Part shown: in pieces, positions 25,319 to 34,961 of the stretch
Layout: every line of letters begins with the position of its first letter
Position numbering within the stretch: the stretch's first letter is position 1
Origin: a virus
DNA: 64,000 nt
Strand: one strand, 5' to 3'
Virus record (IMG/VR): IMGVR_UViG_3300032018_000001
Span: 77,807 to 141,806 of that record
Notes under the pieces: model-generated
What the model was told of the DNA's origin: nothing
The model's input: the letters and a program-made list of their open reading frames with translations, nothing else
Databases searched by the model: none
Position numbers and translations under genes: made by a program

Positions 25319-26631
25319 TGGGAACAGATTATGAAAATGGCGTAAATGCAAAACTGCCTACTAAGCTTGGCATAGATGTCATGCCTGTTAGCGGAAATGC
25401 TACAGCCGGATATTTCTTTCAATTCAACGGCGTAGGCTTAACCGGCTCGCAGGTTCCCGCTATTTCATTGGCACAGACCGTTGTGGTTGCTAAAGCTGGT
25501 GGACAATTTACAACTATCCAAGCTGCTATTGATTCTATCACGGATGCTACGATTACCAAGCCTTACGTAGTTCTTATTTACCCAGGCACGTACGCAGAAA
25601 ATCTTACGTTAAAAAATTGGGTTCACTTACAAGGGTTTGGTGGTCAAGGAAATAGCACAATACCCTCTGTTAATATTATTCCAGCATCAGGTATTGTTTT
25701 TAATATACCTTCTCAGGCTACCCAAAGTAATATTCAGATTCTTGATATTGCGGTGAATGTATCAAATCCTACTACTGCTATAGATTACACTGTTTTTTAC
25801 TTTCAGGGTGGCGGAGGCAGTCTTATTAATAATGTTTCTGTTTATAACTGTTACATTAGTGTAGCTACCAAAGGAAACCTTAAAGCAATTGACATGGCAG
25901 CGGATGCTGCGGCAACTTTTTATGCTACCGGGTCAAGTTTTATATTTGCCTCTATCGTTCCTGGTGGCCCTTCAGTACAGACCTTGTTTAACCTAAATAA
26001 TGTTAGCGGTGCTAAAATTGTATTTAGCACACTATCAATTAATAACAACGTGGCAAATTCTACCACTACGCTATTTTATGATAATACGGCTGGCAGTTTA
26101 GGTTTTGATGTTGAATACTGTAATCTTACTATGGTTGCTACGTCAGCGGCCGGAACAAAGATTTTTGCTAAAGCCGCAGGTTCGGCAGCAAGCTGGAAAT
26201 TTATCAATAACACTATTATTACAGGTAAGACATCAGGCTCCACAACGATGACGGTTAATGTTTTTGATTTGAGCGTTCCCACTTCAGGAATTACAACTCT
26301 TCAGGCTAATACTGTAGTATATGCGGCCGTTACCCCTGCCACAAAAAACTACTGCATAACAGGAACAGGTGTTGTTGTAAATTCTACCTTGGATGTGATT
26401 GCCGGTATGGCAGTATCTGGAACAGGCACGTTCAATAAATCTACATTTTCCCCTAGTGCTGGGCAGCTTCAACTAGGAGCAGGCCCGGCAGTGAGTGATT
26501 TATCACTCATGCCTTATACTGCGGCAGTATCGGGTAATTGGCTAACGTCTGCGCCTACTAATCTGAAAGATGCTGTTGACAGAATAGCTGCATTGGCTGT
26601 AACATTGAATAGCGGAAATCCTATTCCCTAA
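25318..26631 (+). CDS. pectin-lyase-fold (beta-helix) spike protein
   Basis: VVAKAGGQFTTIQAAIDSI..KPYVVLIYPGTYAENLTLK signature. Confidence 0.75.
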   Translation: MGTDYENGVNAKLPTKLGIDVMPVSGNATAGYFFQFNGVGLTGSQVPAISLAQTVVVAKAGGQFTTIQAAIDSITDATITKPYVVLIYPGTYAENLTLKNWVHLQGFGGQGNSTIPSVNIIPASGIVFNIPSQATQSNIQILDIAVNVSNPTTAIDYTVFYFQGGGGSLINNVSVYNCYISVATKGNLKAIDMAADAAATFYATGSSFIFASIVPGGPSVQTLFNLNNVSGAKIVFSTLSINNNVANSTTTLFYDNTAGSLGFDVEYCNLTMVATSAAGTKIFAKAAGSAASWKFINNTIITGKTSGSTTMTVNVFDLSVPTSGITTLQANTVVYAAVTPATKNYCITGTGVVVNSTLDVIAGMAVSGTGTFNKSTFSPSAGQLQLGAGPAVSDLSLMPYTAAVSGNWLTSAPTNLKDAVDRIAALAVTLNSGNPIP

Positions 26632-26640
26632 AGGTAAACG

Positions 26641-27156
26641 ATGGCCGGTGCTTACACTGATGCATACTCTGATGCTTACGATAATGGAGAGCTTGTGACA
26701 ACCACAACGACTACGACAACTACAACAACGACCACAACTACTACCCTAACGTCAACTACTACCACGACCACAACTACTGTTACAACGACCACGACCACTC
26801 TTGCTCCTCCTCCTAAGTTACCGGACTTGCCGGTTATAGAAGGGGCGGCAGGGTCTGTCTTTATTCATGACGTGGGAGCGGTGGATGGCACAGTTGTAAA
26901 GAACTTTAACAGCGATGGAACGGTTAAGTATATTGAAGCCATCGGCGGAAGTCAGGTTGATGTTTCTGTTTCGGCGCGGGTAGGCACACAGCATTACATG
27001 CCAACCGTTACTGTGAACGGAGCAGTGGTTACTAATCTTGTCAGGCAGCCAAATGGAGACTGGTTAGGAACGGTACTTGTCGCACTGGATGATGTACTGC
27101 ATGTCAGACACGAAGATGAAGGACAGTCCGCTGTCCCGGTAGTGAGGATAGAATGA
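26641..27156 (+). CDS. AYxDAY motif + Thr-rich linker + shared ~100-aa module
   Basis: Thr tract 26698-26799; module closely similar to that of 21975 gene. Confidence 0.7.
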   Translation: MAGAYTDAYSDAYDNGELVTTTTTTTTTTTTTTTTLTSTTTTTTTTVTTTTTTLAPPPKLPDLPVIEGAAGSVFIHDVGAVDGTVVKNFNSDGTVKYIEAIGGSQVDVSVSARVGTQHYMPTVTVNGAVVTNLVRQPNGDWLGTVLVALDDVLHVRHEDEGQSAVPVVRIE

Positions 27157-27362
27157 TAAAGCTTCCGATTGAAGTAGGGGATACTATTCTGACCGGCAAG
27201 TTTCGTAATCACCGTACAACGGTGGAGACGATTGAGACGGATGAGTGGGGGCACCCTACTATCAACGGAAAGCCAATTCTGAAAGTCAGGATTGAAAAGC
27301 TCATGACTGCAAAGAAGGAAAGCGGCCGGGCGCGTCTTGAACGTCTGATAAAGGGTTGCTAA
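27153..27362 (+). CDS. small hypothetical (putative internal head) protein
   Basis: IEVGDTILTGKF..; C-terminal ARLERLIK. Confidence 0.6.
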   Translation: MIKLPIEVGDTILTGKFRNHRTTVETIETDEWGHPTINGKPILKVRIEKLMTAKKESGRARLERLIKGC

Positions 27363-27925
27363 TGTCCACGACTACTACGACAACCACGACTACTACAACA
27401 ACGACAACTACGCTTTGTCCGTTCACGCCGCGCATTAATTTGATGCCCAGCAGGAAAGAATCGGCGTTCTACCGGAGAAAGAACGATGAGCGCGTGGAGC
27501 TGCGTGGCGCTGGCTGCAGGCTGTTCAGGTCACAGGACGGCCCCGGCAAAATCATTGACAAGTTTGACAATGTAGTAGTAGCACCTGGAGCTGAGCCGGT
27601 TGCTATTCAGACGCGGGTAATTATCGAGCCGTATCAGGTGGCCAGAAACAAAATAGGGGATGACCATTCCACGGAATACACGGACTTCCCTTTCACGGCT
27701 ACGCTGCGGTTTTGCGATGATGCACGCCGCCTGGACTTGATAGAGATTGCTTATGAGTATGCGCGTGCGGCCGGGCTCACACGCTTTGCTTCAGGACAGC
27801 CGCGGGACATTACGCATATTTTCTATACTCGTTTCAAACTGGTCAACCGGGTTACGAGCGGAATCAATGCTGACCTTGTGAACAAATTCTTTATCAGCCC
27901 TACGGAGGAATCATGGAACGCTTAG
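27362..27925 (+). CDS. neck/head-closure-like protein with N-terminal T15 tract (tentative)
   Basis: coupled start at 27362; position in morphogenesis operon. Confidence 0.45.
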   Translation: MSTTTTTTTTTTTTTTTLCPFTPRINLMPSRKESAFYRRKNDERVELRGAGCRLFRSQDGPGKIIDKFDNVVVAPGAEPVAIQTRVIIEPYQVARNKIGDDHSTEYTDFPFTATLRFCDDARRLDLIEIAYEYARAAGLTRFASGQPRDITHIFYTRFKLVNRVTSGINADLVNKFFISPTEESWNA

Positions 27926-28170
27926 AACGACTTCTGGAAAGTTACCCGAAGAGCCCCAAGGGTACTAAGGTTTTCAAGAAGCAGATTAAAGAAGGCTGGC
28001 TGGCCGGTAATTTGGAAGGCGCAGGCAAGGCCTTTGTGGGCAAGGTATCCGCCGCTCTGGAGTACGGCGTAGAAGATGCACGGGCATTCTGTGTGGCGCT
28101 GCTGGAGGATGTGAATGACCATAAGGGCGCTGAGGCTGTGAACAACCTTCTTTCCAAGATGAGTGTATGA
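27913..28170 (+). CDS. putative internal head protein
   Basis: MERLERLLE; GGAGG RBS. Confidence 0.6.
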   Translation: MERLERLLESYPKSPKGTKVFKKQIKEGWLAGNLEGAGKAFVGKVSAALEYGVEDARAFCVALLEDVNDHKGAEAVNNLLSKMSV

Positions 28171-28463
28171 AAAAGCTCGATGAGCTCACACGAAAAATAG
28201 CCAGACGGGAAACTGTCTGGGAGAATCCGGATGGGACAAAAACCAAACAGACGGATGAGGGTATTGAAGAAATATCTGAATCCAAGAAGCGCGAGTGGGA
28301 TATGTGGGACGGACTCAGCCCTATGTGTAGTGTATCGGCCCGCCGCAAGCGCCTGGAGAAAGTAATCAGGAAAGCTGAGGATGATGACACCATAGGAAAT
28401 TTTGCTTACAGCAAAAGACCTATCGCCAAACTTTACCGCGATGAAATGGAAGGTGACATTTGA
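28167..28463 (+). CDS. putative internal head protein
   Basis: KKLDEL, KRLEKVIRKAE. Confidence 0.55.
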   Translation: MKKLDELTRKIARRETVWENPDGTKTKQTDEGIEEISESKKREWDMWDGLSPMCSVSARRKRLEKVIRKAEDDDTIGNFAYSKRPIAKLYRDEMEGDI

Positions 28464-28969
28464 GAAAGCTGCTATCCTTGCTTCTTGAATACAATATGAT
28501 TCCTGAGCTCACGCCTACTAAGGGTACGCTGGGTATTCCCCGCGCACTCATGCCTCAGATAAGCAAAGACCATCAGCAGTCTTTCTTCGACCAGCTCAAA
28601 GAAGAGGGTATCAAGATTCACAAGATTAGCATGCGGGCCAAAGACATCTCACCGTCCCAGAATGAAATCAATTCCGATAAGGTTGACACATGGGTTATTG
28701 GAAAAAAGCCTATGGTCATTTCATCGGACAATTATATCCTGGACGGGCATCACCAGTGGGCTAAAGCAATGGTGGAAGATGAGGACATGAAGCTGGACTG
28801 CTACAAGATAGAGCTTCCTATCCGCAAGCTTTTGGATTACGCTCGCAATTTTGAACACACCGGCTATAAGGATTTTCACGATGCACTTATCAAGGAGCAT
28901 GCTATGCAACAGCAACAGCGATTAGAGAAGGTTTTGAAAGAAGCAGGAACAATGGCAGGTGCCCTGTGA
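28460..28969 (+). CDS. ParB/Srx-like domain protein (putative internal head protein)
   Basis: R..MPQI, I.PSQNEI..DKV, PMVISSDNYILDGHHQW. Confidence 0.75.
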   Translation: MRKLLSLLLEYNMIPELTPTKGTLGIPRALMPQISKDHQQSFFDQLKEEGIKIHKISMRAKDISPSQNEINSDKVDTWVIGKKPMVISSDNYILDGHHQWAKAMVEDEDMKLDCYKIELPIRKLLDYARNFEHTGYKDFHDALIKEHAMQQQQRLEKVLKEAGTMAGAL

Positions 28970-29069
28970 ATCTGTATCATAATACCGTCTTTATTTGCTT
29001 TGTGTTTTTTCTTGCCGGATGGGGCCTTAACGAATTACTCAGCAGATTAAAAAGGTGGCTATGAAAAAG
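28948..29069 (+). repeat. 122-bp direct repeat copy 1, encoding a 32-aa membrane peptide (28966-29064)
   Basis: near-identical to 29767-29888. Confidence 0.9.
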
Positions 29070-29195
29070 GTCAAAGAGCAGAAAAGGTTTTTTGACGCCA
29101 TTGAGGCGAGCGGAGCGGATTCTGTTTTACGCAACATAGCAAAAACAAAAATTGATAAAGCGCTTGAACCTGTGTTTCAGGAGTTGGTAGCGTAG
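29061..29195 (+). CDS. 44-aa hypothetical protein
   Basis: ATGA coupled; MKKVKEQKRFFDAIE... Confidence 0.45.
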   Translation: MKKVKEQKRFFDAIEASGADSVLRNIAKTKIDKALEPVFQELVA

Positions 29196-29197
29196 CA

Positions 29198-29788
29198 ATG
29201 GACTTAATCCTTCAGGTAGAGGACAATAAGCTGTGGAGCCCCGGCAAACGAAAGATAATGAATCTGGAGCAGACGCCAATAGTATTCCGGGAGGAGCTGC
29301 TACGGCACTTCACAAAGTACATGGCGGGAGTGTACGCGGACGAATTGGAGAGGGCGATAACGGAGCAGCGTTACAGCGATGTGTGGACGCCTCTGTCTCC
29401 GCACTACTTGCTACTGAAAGAGAAGATGGGATGGAGCAGCAATATCTGGGAAGCAACCAGCAAGCTCAAAGCATCAATCGACTGGTGGCGGTCTCCTGAC
29501 CGGAAAGGTTACGTTGTGGGAGTCAGTCCTAAAAAATATTACCGCGCTGCTAATGGTGAGCACATCCTTGTCCGGGACGTTGCGCTCTGGATGGAATACG
29601 GCACCGGCGAGCAGGCGGAAGGTGGCAAAGGAAAGACAGGCTGGCACGGCATGCCTGCCCGGCCGCTGTTCAGGCCCCTGCGGGATTACCTTAGCAAGCA
29701 CATTGATGACTTCTACAAAAAGTTCCTGGATGCATACGAAGATGACATTGACGATTTGCTGGTCATAACAATGGCAGGTGCCCTGTGA
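29198..29788 (+). CDS. virion morphogenesis / tail-completion protein (HK97 gp10-like)
   Basis: W.PLSP.Y...K, ALWMEYGT...MPARPLFRP. Confidence 0.7.
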   Translation: MDLILQVEDNKLWSPGKRKIMNLEQTPIVFREELLRHFTKYMAGVYADELERAITEQRYSDVWTPLSPHYLLLKEKMGWSSNIWEATSKLKASIDWWRSPDRKGYVVGVSPKKYYRAANGEHILVRDVALWMEYGTGEQAEGGKGKTGWHGMPARPLFRPLRDYLSKHIDDFYKKFLDAYEDDIDDLLVITMAGAL

Positions 29789-29888
29789 GCCTATATCATA
29801 ATACCGTCTTTATTTGCATTGTGTTTTTTCTTGCCGGGTGGGGCCTTAACGAATTACTCAGCAGATTAAAAAGGTGGCTATGAAAAAG
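29767..29888 (+). repeat. 122-bp direct repeat copy 2, encoding a 32-aa membrane peptide (29785-29883)
   Basis: near-identical to 28948-29069. Confidence 0.9.
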
Positions 29889-30179
29889 CTTTTAGAAAAA
29901 GTCGCTGAGGTGGAAGAGCTCCTGGAAAAGAAAACTCATTTTGAGATTCTTAAAAAGAACAAGGTGAAGCTGACTGATGAGGAGCGCGATACCGTGATGA
30001 ATGGAAAAGCGGTTTGGCATCACGGCCCAAACGGTGAAGAGTCACCGGCCGTGTGGAAGAGCAAGAACAGTGCAGGAGAGGATGTTTTCGTAGCTAATAC
30101 ACACCGTTGCTATAAGACAGCGAGCACGGTTAAGGGTGCTATTCATCACTATCACAACGGAGTGAAACAAAGTGCGTAA
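29880..30179 (+). CDS. putative internal head protein
   Basis: KKLLEKVAEVEELLE; LKKNKVKLTDEER..VM...AVWH. Confidence 0.6.
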   Translation: MKKLLEKVAEVEELLEKKTHFEILKKNKVKLTDEERDTVMNGKAVWHHGPNGEESPAVWKSKNSAGEDVFVANTHRCYKTASTVKGAIHHYHNGVKQSA

Positions 30180-30657
30180 CATACTAATCATCCTGATTCT
30201 GTTTTGCGCTGTGGTCATGGGTACTAATCTGAAAGAGCGCCTGGACAAACTCCAGAGTCATAACGTGCAGCTGCTTACTAAGCAGAAGATGGATACTATC
30301 CCTATTCAGTCTGTAGCGGATGCACCTGCTACTGTTCCCGCTCCTATGCGTAGGAGCCTGTCCCGCGGCCTCACGCGGGTAGAAATAAAGCAGGAGTACA
30401 TGGACGATGACATCAAGCTTCTGAAAACTCAGATGCTTGAGACCAAAGACCTCCTGAACAAAATGGTCACGACTATGGAAGTTCAGACCGCGTTGGCGGA
30501 GACTACTACGAATAAGGGCGGCAGGAACGAATTGATACTGGAGATTGTCCTGGGCATCCTGGGATTTTTCATCACAGGCGGCACCGGCTATTTTGGATGG
30601 AAGAACAAGCACATCGTACTCAATAGGTTCAAAGGCAAGGATGCTACTGATGAATGA
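30172..30657 (+). CDS. membrane protein (signal anchor, coiled coil, C-terminal TM); possible lysis accessory
   Basis: hydropathy pattern. Confidence 0.55.
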   Translation: MRNILIILILFCAVVMGTNLKERLDKLQSHNVQLLTKQKMDTIPIQSVADAPATVPAPMRRSLSRGLTRVEIKQEYMDDDIKLLKTQMLETKDLLNKMVTTMEVQTALAETTTNKGGRNELILEIVLGILGFFITGGTGYFGWKNKHIVLNRFKGKDATDE

Positions 30658-30724
30658 GCTTAAATCATTTTTGAAATACATTCTTTCGCCGGGCGGCAAG
30701 CACGGTAAGAAAAGGAGATACGAG

Positions 30725-31363
30725 ATGAGTGGCATATCACGGCTTCAGAAAGCTCTGGGAGAATCAACTTACGATGAAACGAAGAAGGCCGTTGTTGCCT
30801 TAGCAAGGGCCATTGACTCAGGAAAAAACTGGGAAAGCGAGATTGACAAAATTGCAAAGCAGTATAAGGTGGATGTCGCTGACCTGCGTGCTGACTTTGA
30901 AGAGGAGTACGGAGACATTCAGAAGTACTCTGACAAAGCGGACAGTAAGGGAGAAGGCACCAAGTTGACAGGCACGGCCCGCCTGGAAAAAGAGATGATG
31001 ATTTTCACGGGCAATGAAGAGAGTCCTGCCTCCTTCGCGTTCAAGGTTCACCCGGCTGACCAAATCAGGGCGGAGAAATTCCTGAAGGCGAAACAGTGGG
31101 AGTACACCATTAGCAAGGAAGAGCTTGTTAATGGGTACGTGACTGTGACCGTGCCGAATGATTACGTCTTCATGGATAAGAAAATGGGCTACGGTGATAT
31201 GGCCCGGATGATGAGCGAGTACGGTATCAGGGTTTTGAAAGACCGTACTAAGGATAACGGCCATGAAGTGCGGACGGTGGCGGAGAAGAAAAGGAAGCAC
31301 GGCTGGCACGGCCTGCGCTCTTCCGGGAAGTTTTCAAAGGATGAGTACGATTACTATTGGTGA
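30725..31363 (+). CDS. putative internal head protein
   Basis: AAGGAG RBS before ATG 30725; SRLQKALGE. Confidence 0.6.
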   Translation: MSGISRLQKALGESTYDETKKAVVALARAIDSGKNWESEIDKIAKQYKVDVADLRADFEEEYGDIQKYSDKADSKGEGTKLTGTARLEKEMMIFTGNEESPASFAFKVHPADQIRAEKFLKAKQWEYTISKEELVNGYVTVTVPNDYVFMDKKMGYGDMARMMSEYGIRVLKDRTKDNGHEVRTVAEKKRKHGWHGLRSSGKFSKDEYDYYW

Positions 31364-31378
31364 TGAAAGGAAAATTTT

Positions 31379-31591
31379 ATGAGACCTGAGACCTGTCAAA
31401 ATAAAGATTGCAAACCCGTAAATAACGCCTGCGGAGCCTGCATAAACAGGAGTGCTATTGCTAAGGAAGGCTACGCGCTCATTCAGGCTATTGAGGCATG
31501 CGGTGCATCTACCGCTTTGACTGCGGCTGTAAACAAGGCAGAAGCTTTTATCAAGCTTGCAGAAGAGGAATCACTGAAGGGACGCGAATAG
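31379..31591 (+). CDS. small Cys-containing hypothetical protein
   Basis: AAGGA RBS; IQAIEACGAS..LT.AV. Confidence 0.55.
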   Translation: MRPETCQNKDCKPVNNACGACINRSAIAKEGYALIQAIEACGASTALTAAVNKAEAFIKLAEEESLKGRE

Positions 31592-31592
31592 C

Positions 31593-32387
31593 ATGCCCAT
31601 AACTGATTTGACTTACTACCGGCAGATTGAGGACTACATAGACGCCCTCAGGGCCTATCTGGCAGTCGCTACAGGCCTGCCACCGGAAAGGATAGTGTTC
31701 GGGCCTCCTGACATCGCCAAACGCAAGCTGAAGGAGCGTCTGGCCGTTCAGAATGGGTATCCTACGGACGGGAAGACCCTGGAGCTGGACAAGTTCCTGA
31801 GCTTCCATTTCCCCCTTACTACTCCAAACATCGCCTTTAACCGGCAGTCTCCCATGACTGTATTTTCCGGGAGCCTTGCGGGAGCGAGTGGCTACCGCGG
31901 CTTTCAAGACCAGTACGACCTGCCTGTGCAGGTAGACATCTGGGGCGGGCCTGCTCAGGATAGCAACTCCTTTGTTTTTGAGACGAAGACCAAGCTACAA
32001 TTCTGGCTGGAGCGGCACCAGAGGATTCAGGTGCAGTTCAGGGACTTGATTACGAAAGACCCCACACATCCGTTTGACCCTTATGATGTTTCCTGCTGGT
32101 ATGAGATTCTGCGGTGGACTGCTAATGATAATTCCAGGATTGAAAACTTGTTCACGGAAGGCACCGTTTACAGGGTGACATTTGAATTCAACTGGATGAT
32201 AAGCCTTTACCGCTTCTTTATCAACGATAATGAGAAGGTGCATTCCATCGGGCATATCATACTAATGATGCTTAATGATGAGACCAAACAGTATGACCAG
32301 GAATGGGATACTAATGATTACACGACTACTACGACAAGCACTACTACGACAACGACCACAACCACGACTACTACAAGCGGCATATAG
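31593..32387 (+). CDS. tail terminator / sheath stabiliser (gp15-like position) with poly-Thr-SGI tail
   Basis: immediately upstream of sheath; YDLPVQVDIW, VYRVTFEF strands. Confidence 0.55.
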   Translation: MPITDLTYYRQIEDYIDALRAYLAVATGLPPERIVFGPPDIAKRKLKERLAVQNGYPTDGKTLELDKFLSFHFPLTTPNIAFNRQSPMTVFSGSLAGASGYRGFQDQYDLPVQVDIWGGPAQDSNSFVFETKTKLQFWLERHQRIQVQFRDLITKDPTHPFDPYDVSCWYEILRWTANDNSRIENLFTEGTVYRVTFEFNWMISLYRFFINDNEKVHSIGHIILMMLNDETKQYDQEWDTNDYTTTTTSTTTTTTTTTTTTSGI

Positions 32388-32422
32388 GAATTTTATATTA
32401 TTAACGAGAAAAGGAGATTAAC

Positions 32423-34309
32423 ATGGCCCAGCACTTAGGCGTTACCTTCAATGAGCGCGACCTTTCCAAGTCCACATCTGCTCTTCCTGTTCCGGGCGGA
32501 GCAATGGGAATTTATTCTGTGAAAGGCCCTACTGACAAAGCATACCTTTGTCAGAGTGAGGATGACATTCGCAGGATTTTCGGACAGCCTCTTGCCAGCA
32601 TGGGAGATGATGGAAGCTTCTTTGATTACAACCGCGGCCTGCAAAACGCTTTTCGTTTTGTACGCGCTGGTCTTCCCATGTTCCTCATGCGTGCTATTCC
32701 CAGCGGCACTCCTCCGGACGTTGCCTCTATTCTTTTTCAGAGAGAATTAGTAGGCTCCACAGATGCTGATTCCATCAAAGCAGTTGCTAAAGGTCATGGC
32801 ACGTTCTATAACGGCCTGAGCGTTTACATCAAAGGCATTGCTTCTGTCACAACCAGAATCAATCCTGTGCAGGATGTTCCGTTCTCACTGGGCGATAACG
32901 TGCTGCCCGGCTCACTGCAGATTCACAGCGCTGCCAACGTCAACGATGTTGACGATGATTTGAGTATCAGCTATGCGGAACGCAACTCCGGTGTTAAGGT
33001 TCTTACCACGACACTCACTGGAAACGTCACGGTTGCTTATGAAGATAACACCGTGAGCGGATTCACCAGCTTGACTGTTGACAACACGGTTGCACTTCCG
33101 GACGGTCTGGTTGTATCTTATGAGCAGACCACGCAGCAGCGTGTTGTGCGTCTCTTCATTGTCAATGATGGTGAGACTGACCCGGTGACAAACAACCTTG
33201 AGAATTATCTTGTCAGTTATAAAGCCGATGGTGTTGACCAAGCTGGCAACGGAATTTTCATCGAAGACGTCATTAACGGTGTTTCAGAAATCATTGATGT
33301 GCATGTGGGCGGCACGTATGATGATACAACGCTGCCTGTGCATTATCTTGCGAGTATAGCAAATAATGCTATCGCAGGAGGAACAGACGGCGTGTACGCG
33401 AGTGCGGATTCGGACATCTTCACCGCGCTTCTGGAATTCGACCCTGACCAGAAAAATGGACGGCATTACGACATCCTGTATTTCTTCGATGCGGGATACA
33501 ACGATAATGTCAAGAAGCAGATGGGCGCGATTGCGGCCAAGAAGCTTTTCCCGCATGTGTACCTTGACCCTGACCAGAGCCTCTTTATCGAGAACGGTAA
33601 CAAGCTCAAATCCGGTCTGGTTGCAAGCACGCTGGTGCAGCAGCTGGTGGGCTGGCGGCAGGGCCTGGGCAACATGGAATTTGCGTCCCTCTCAGGTTCC
33701 GCGTGGGGCCAGATTACGGACACGTTCAACGGCGGCAGGATGCTATGGGTAGGGCCGACTTACGAAGTAGGTGCGGCTGCTATCATCGTTGACAACACGC
33801 TGGGCTCCTGGAATAGCGTTATGGGCCCACGGCGCGGTGTCACGCAGTTCAACAAACTGGCAATCAACCTTTACGATTACCGGGACACTTTGAATGCCAA
33901 GCAGGTCAACCCTATCGTGGTTGATGAGCGCGGTGTGCAGATGTACTACGGCAATAAGACGCTGAAGGTTGTGGCGTCCGCCATGCAGCAGACACACGCA
34001 CGCAAGACCCGCGGCCGTATCTCCCGCGAATTTCTGTACTCCGCCTTGGACTACGTTGCGGAAAACCTTGTGCAGTCCACCTTCAACGGTCTTCAGGGTG
34101 AATTTGAAGTTATCCTGAACGACCATTACGGCGCGGCACTGGAAAGCTTCTCAGTGGTTGTAGGCCCCCCTGCTACTACGCAGGATGACATCAACAACCA
34201 GCTTCTGCGGATTAAGGTAGGTTTGATTTTCAATCAGATTGCGGAGGAAATCAATATCACAACAACCGTGTTCCGCAATGGTACGGACTTGTCCGTGAAC
34301 GTAGCGTAA
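32423..34309 (+). CDS. contractile tail sheath protein (gp18-like)
   Basis: GVTFNERDLS, KGPTDKAYL..SE...RRIFG.P, W.S.MGPRRG, RDTL..KQVNPI, YGNKTL, AEEI.I. Confidence 0.92.
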   Translation: MAQHLGVTFNERDLSKSTSALPVPGGAMGIYSVKGPTDKAYLCQSEDDIRRIFGQPLASMGDDGSFFDYNRGLQNAFRFVRAGLPMFLMRAIPSGTPPDVASILFQRELVGSTDADSIKAVAKGHGTFYNGLSVYIKGIASVTTRINPVQDVPFSLGDNVLPGSLQIHSAANVNDVDDDLSISYAERNSGVKVLTTTLTGNVTVAYEDNTVSGFTSLTVDNTVALPDGLVVSYEQTTQQRVVRLFIVNDGETDPVTNNLENYLVSYKADGVDQAGNGIFIEDVINGVSEIIDVHVGGTYDDTTLPVHYLASIANNAIAGGTDGVYASADSDIFTALLEFDPDQKNGRHYDILYFFDAGYNDNVKKQMGAIAAKKLFPHVYLDPDQSLFIENGNKLKSGLVASTLVQQLVGWRQGLGNMEFASLSGSAWGQITDTFNGGRMLWVGPTYEVGAAAIIVDNTLGSWNSVMGPRRGVTQFNKLAINLYDYRDTLNAKQVNPIVVDERGVQMYYGNKTLKVVASAMQQTHARKTRGRISREFLYSALDYVAENLVQSTFNGLQGEFEVILNDHYGAALESFSVVVGPPATTQDDINNQLLRIKVGLIFNQIAEEINITTTVFRNGTDLSVNVA

Positions 34310-34343
34310 AGGTAAGGACAAACAAAACAAGGAGATTTACATT

Positions 34344-34961
34344 ATGGCAAAGCCTTCATTTGCAAGCGTAAGTGGCGCGGCGGCGTGGGGAGACTTGGCT
34401 GAGATTTCTGAGCCCATGCTTGGAAACCTCTTCGCAGTTTCCATCGCGCTTCCTACAGCGCTGAGAACACTGTATCCCACGGGCGGGCCGATTGTGTCCA
34501 TGCTGGCCGTAAAGGCTGAGCTTCCGGATGAGGCCCTGAGGATTGCGGCCGTTGAAACCAAGCTGTCAAACTACGATGTGGTCATTGGCAAAGACCGCGG
34601 AGACCTGAGCTTCACGTTCCGTGACCAAGTGGGCGCTCCCGTAGCAGCCCTGTTTGATGCATGGCACCGGCTGGCTTGCGACTCCAGAGGCGCAGGTATC
34701 GGCTTTCCTGCTGCGTACAAAACCGAAGTCTGGGTAGCAGCCCTGACCGGTGACGGCGTGCCTTACTACTGGTGGGGCTTCAGTCGCTGCTTCCCGAAAA
34801 ACCGCGGCAAGTATGATTTCGGCAACGAAGACAACTCTCCGCGGGATGTGGTTGTGCCCTTCTCTTATCTGCAGCTTCTTGACGTTGCGGATAAGCTGAG
34901 CGGTGAAGGCGGGAAGATGGTCACGAACATCGCAAGTGCAGCGGCTCTCATAGGCGTATAA
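34344..34961 (+). CDS. tail tube protein (gp19-like)
   Basis: follows sheath; NLFAV.I, AELP, LSFTFRD, AW, YK.EV, CFP, VPFSY. Confidence 0.85.
   Translation: MAKPSFASVSGAAAWGDLAEISEPMLGNLFAVSIALPTALRTLYPTGGPIVSMLAVKAELPDEALRIAAVETKLSNYDVVIGKDRGDLSFTFRDQVGAPVAALFDAWHRLACDSRGAGIGFPAAYKTEVWVAALTGDGVPYYWWGFSRCFPKNRGKYDFGNEDNSPRDVVVPFSYLQLLDVADKLSGEGGKMVTNIASAAALIGV

Noticed and set aside
21975-27156. Diversity-generating retroelement TR/VR pair among paralogous modules
   Set aside because: Differences are not adenine-specific and no reverse transcriptase is present.
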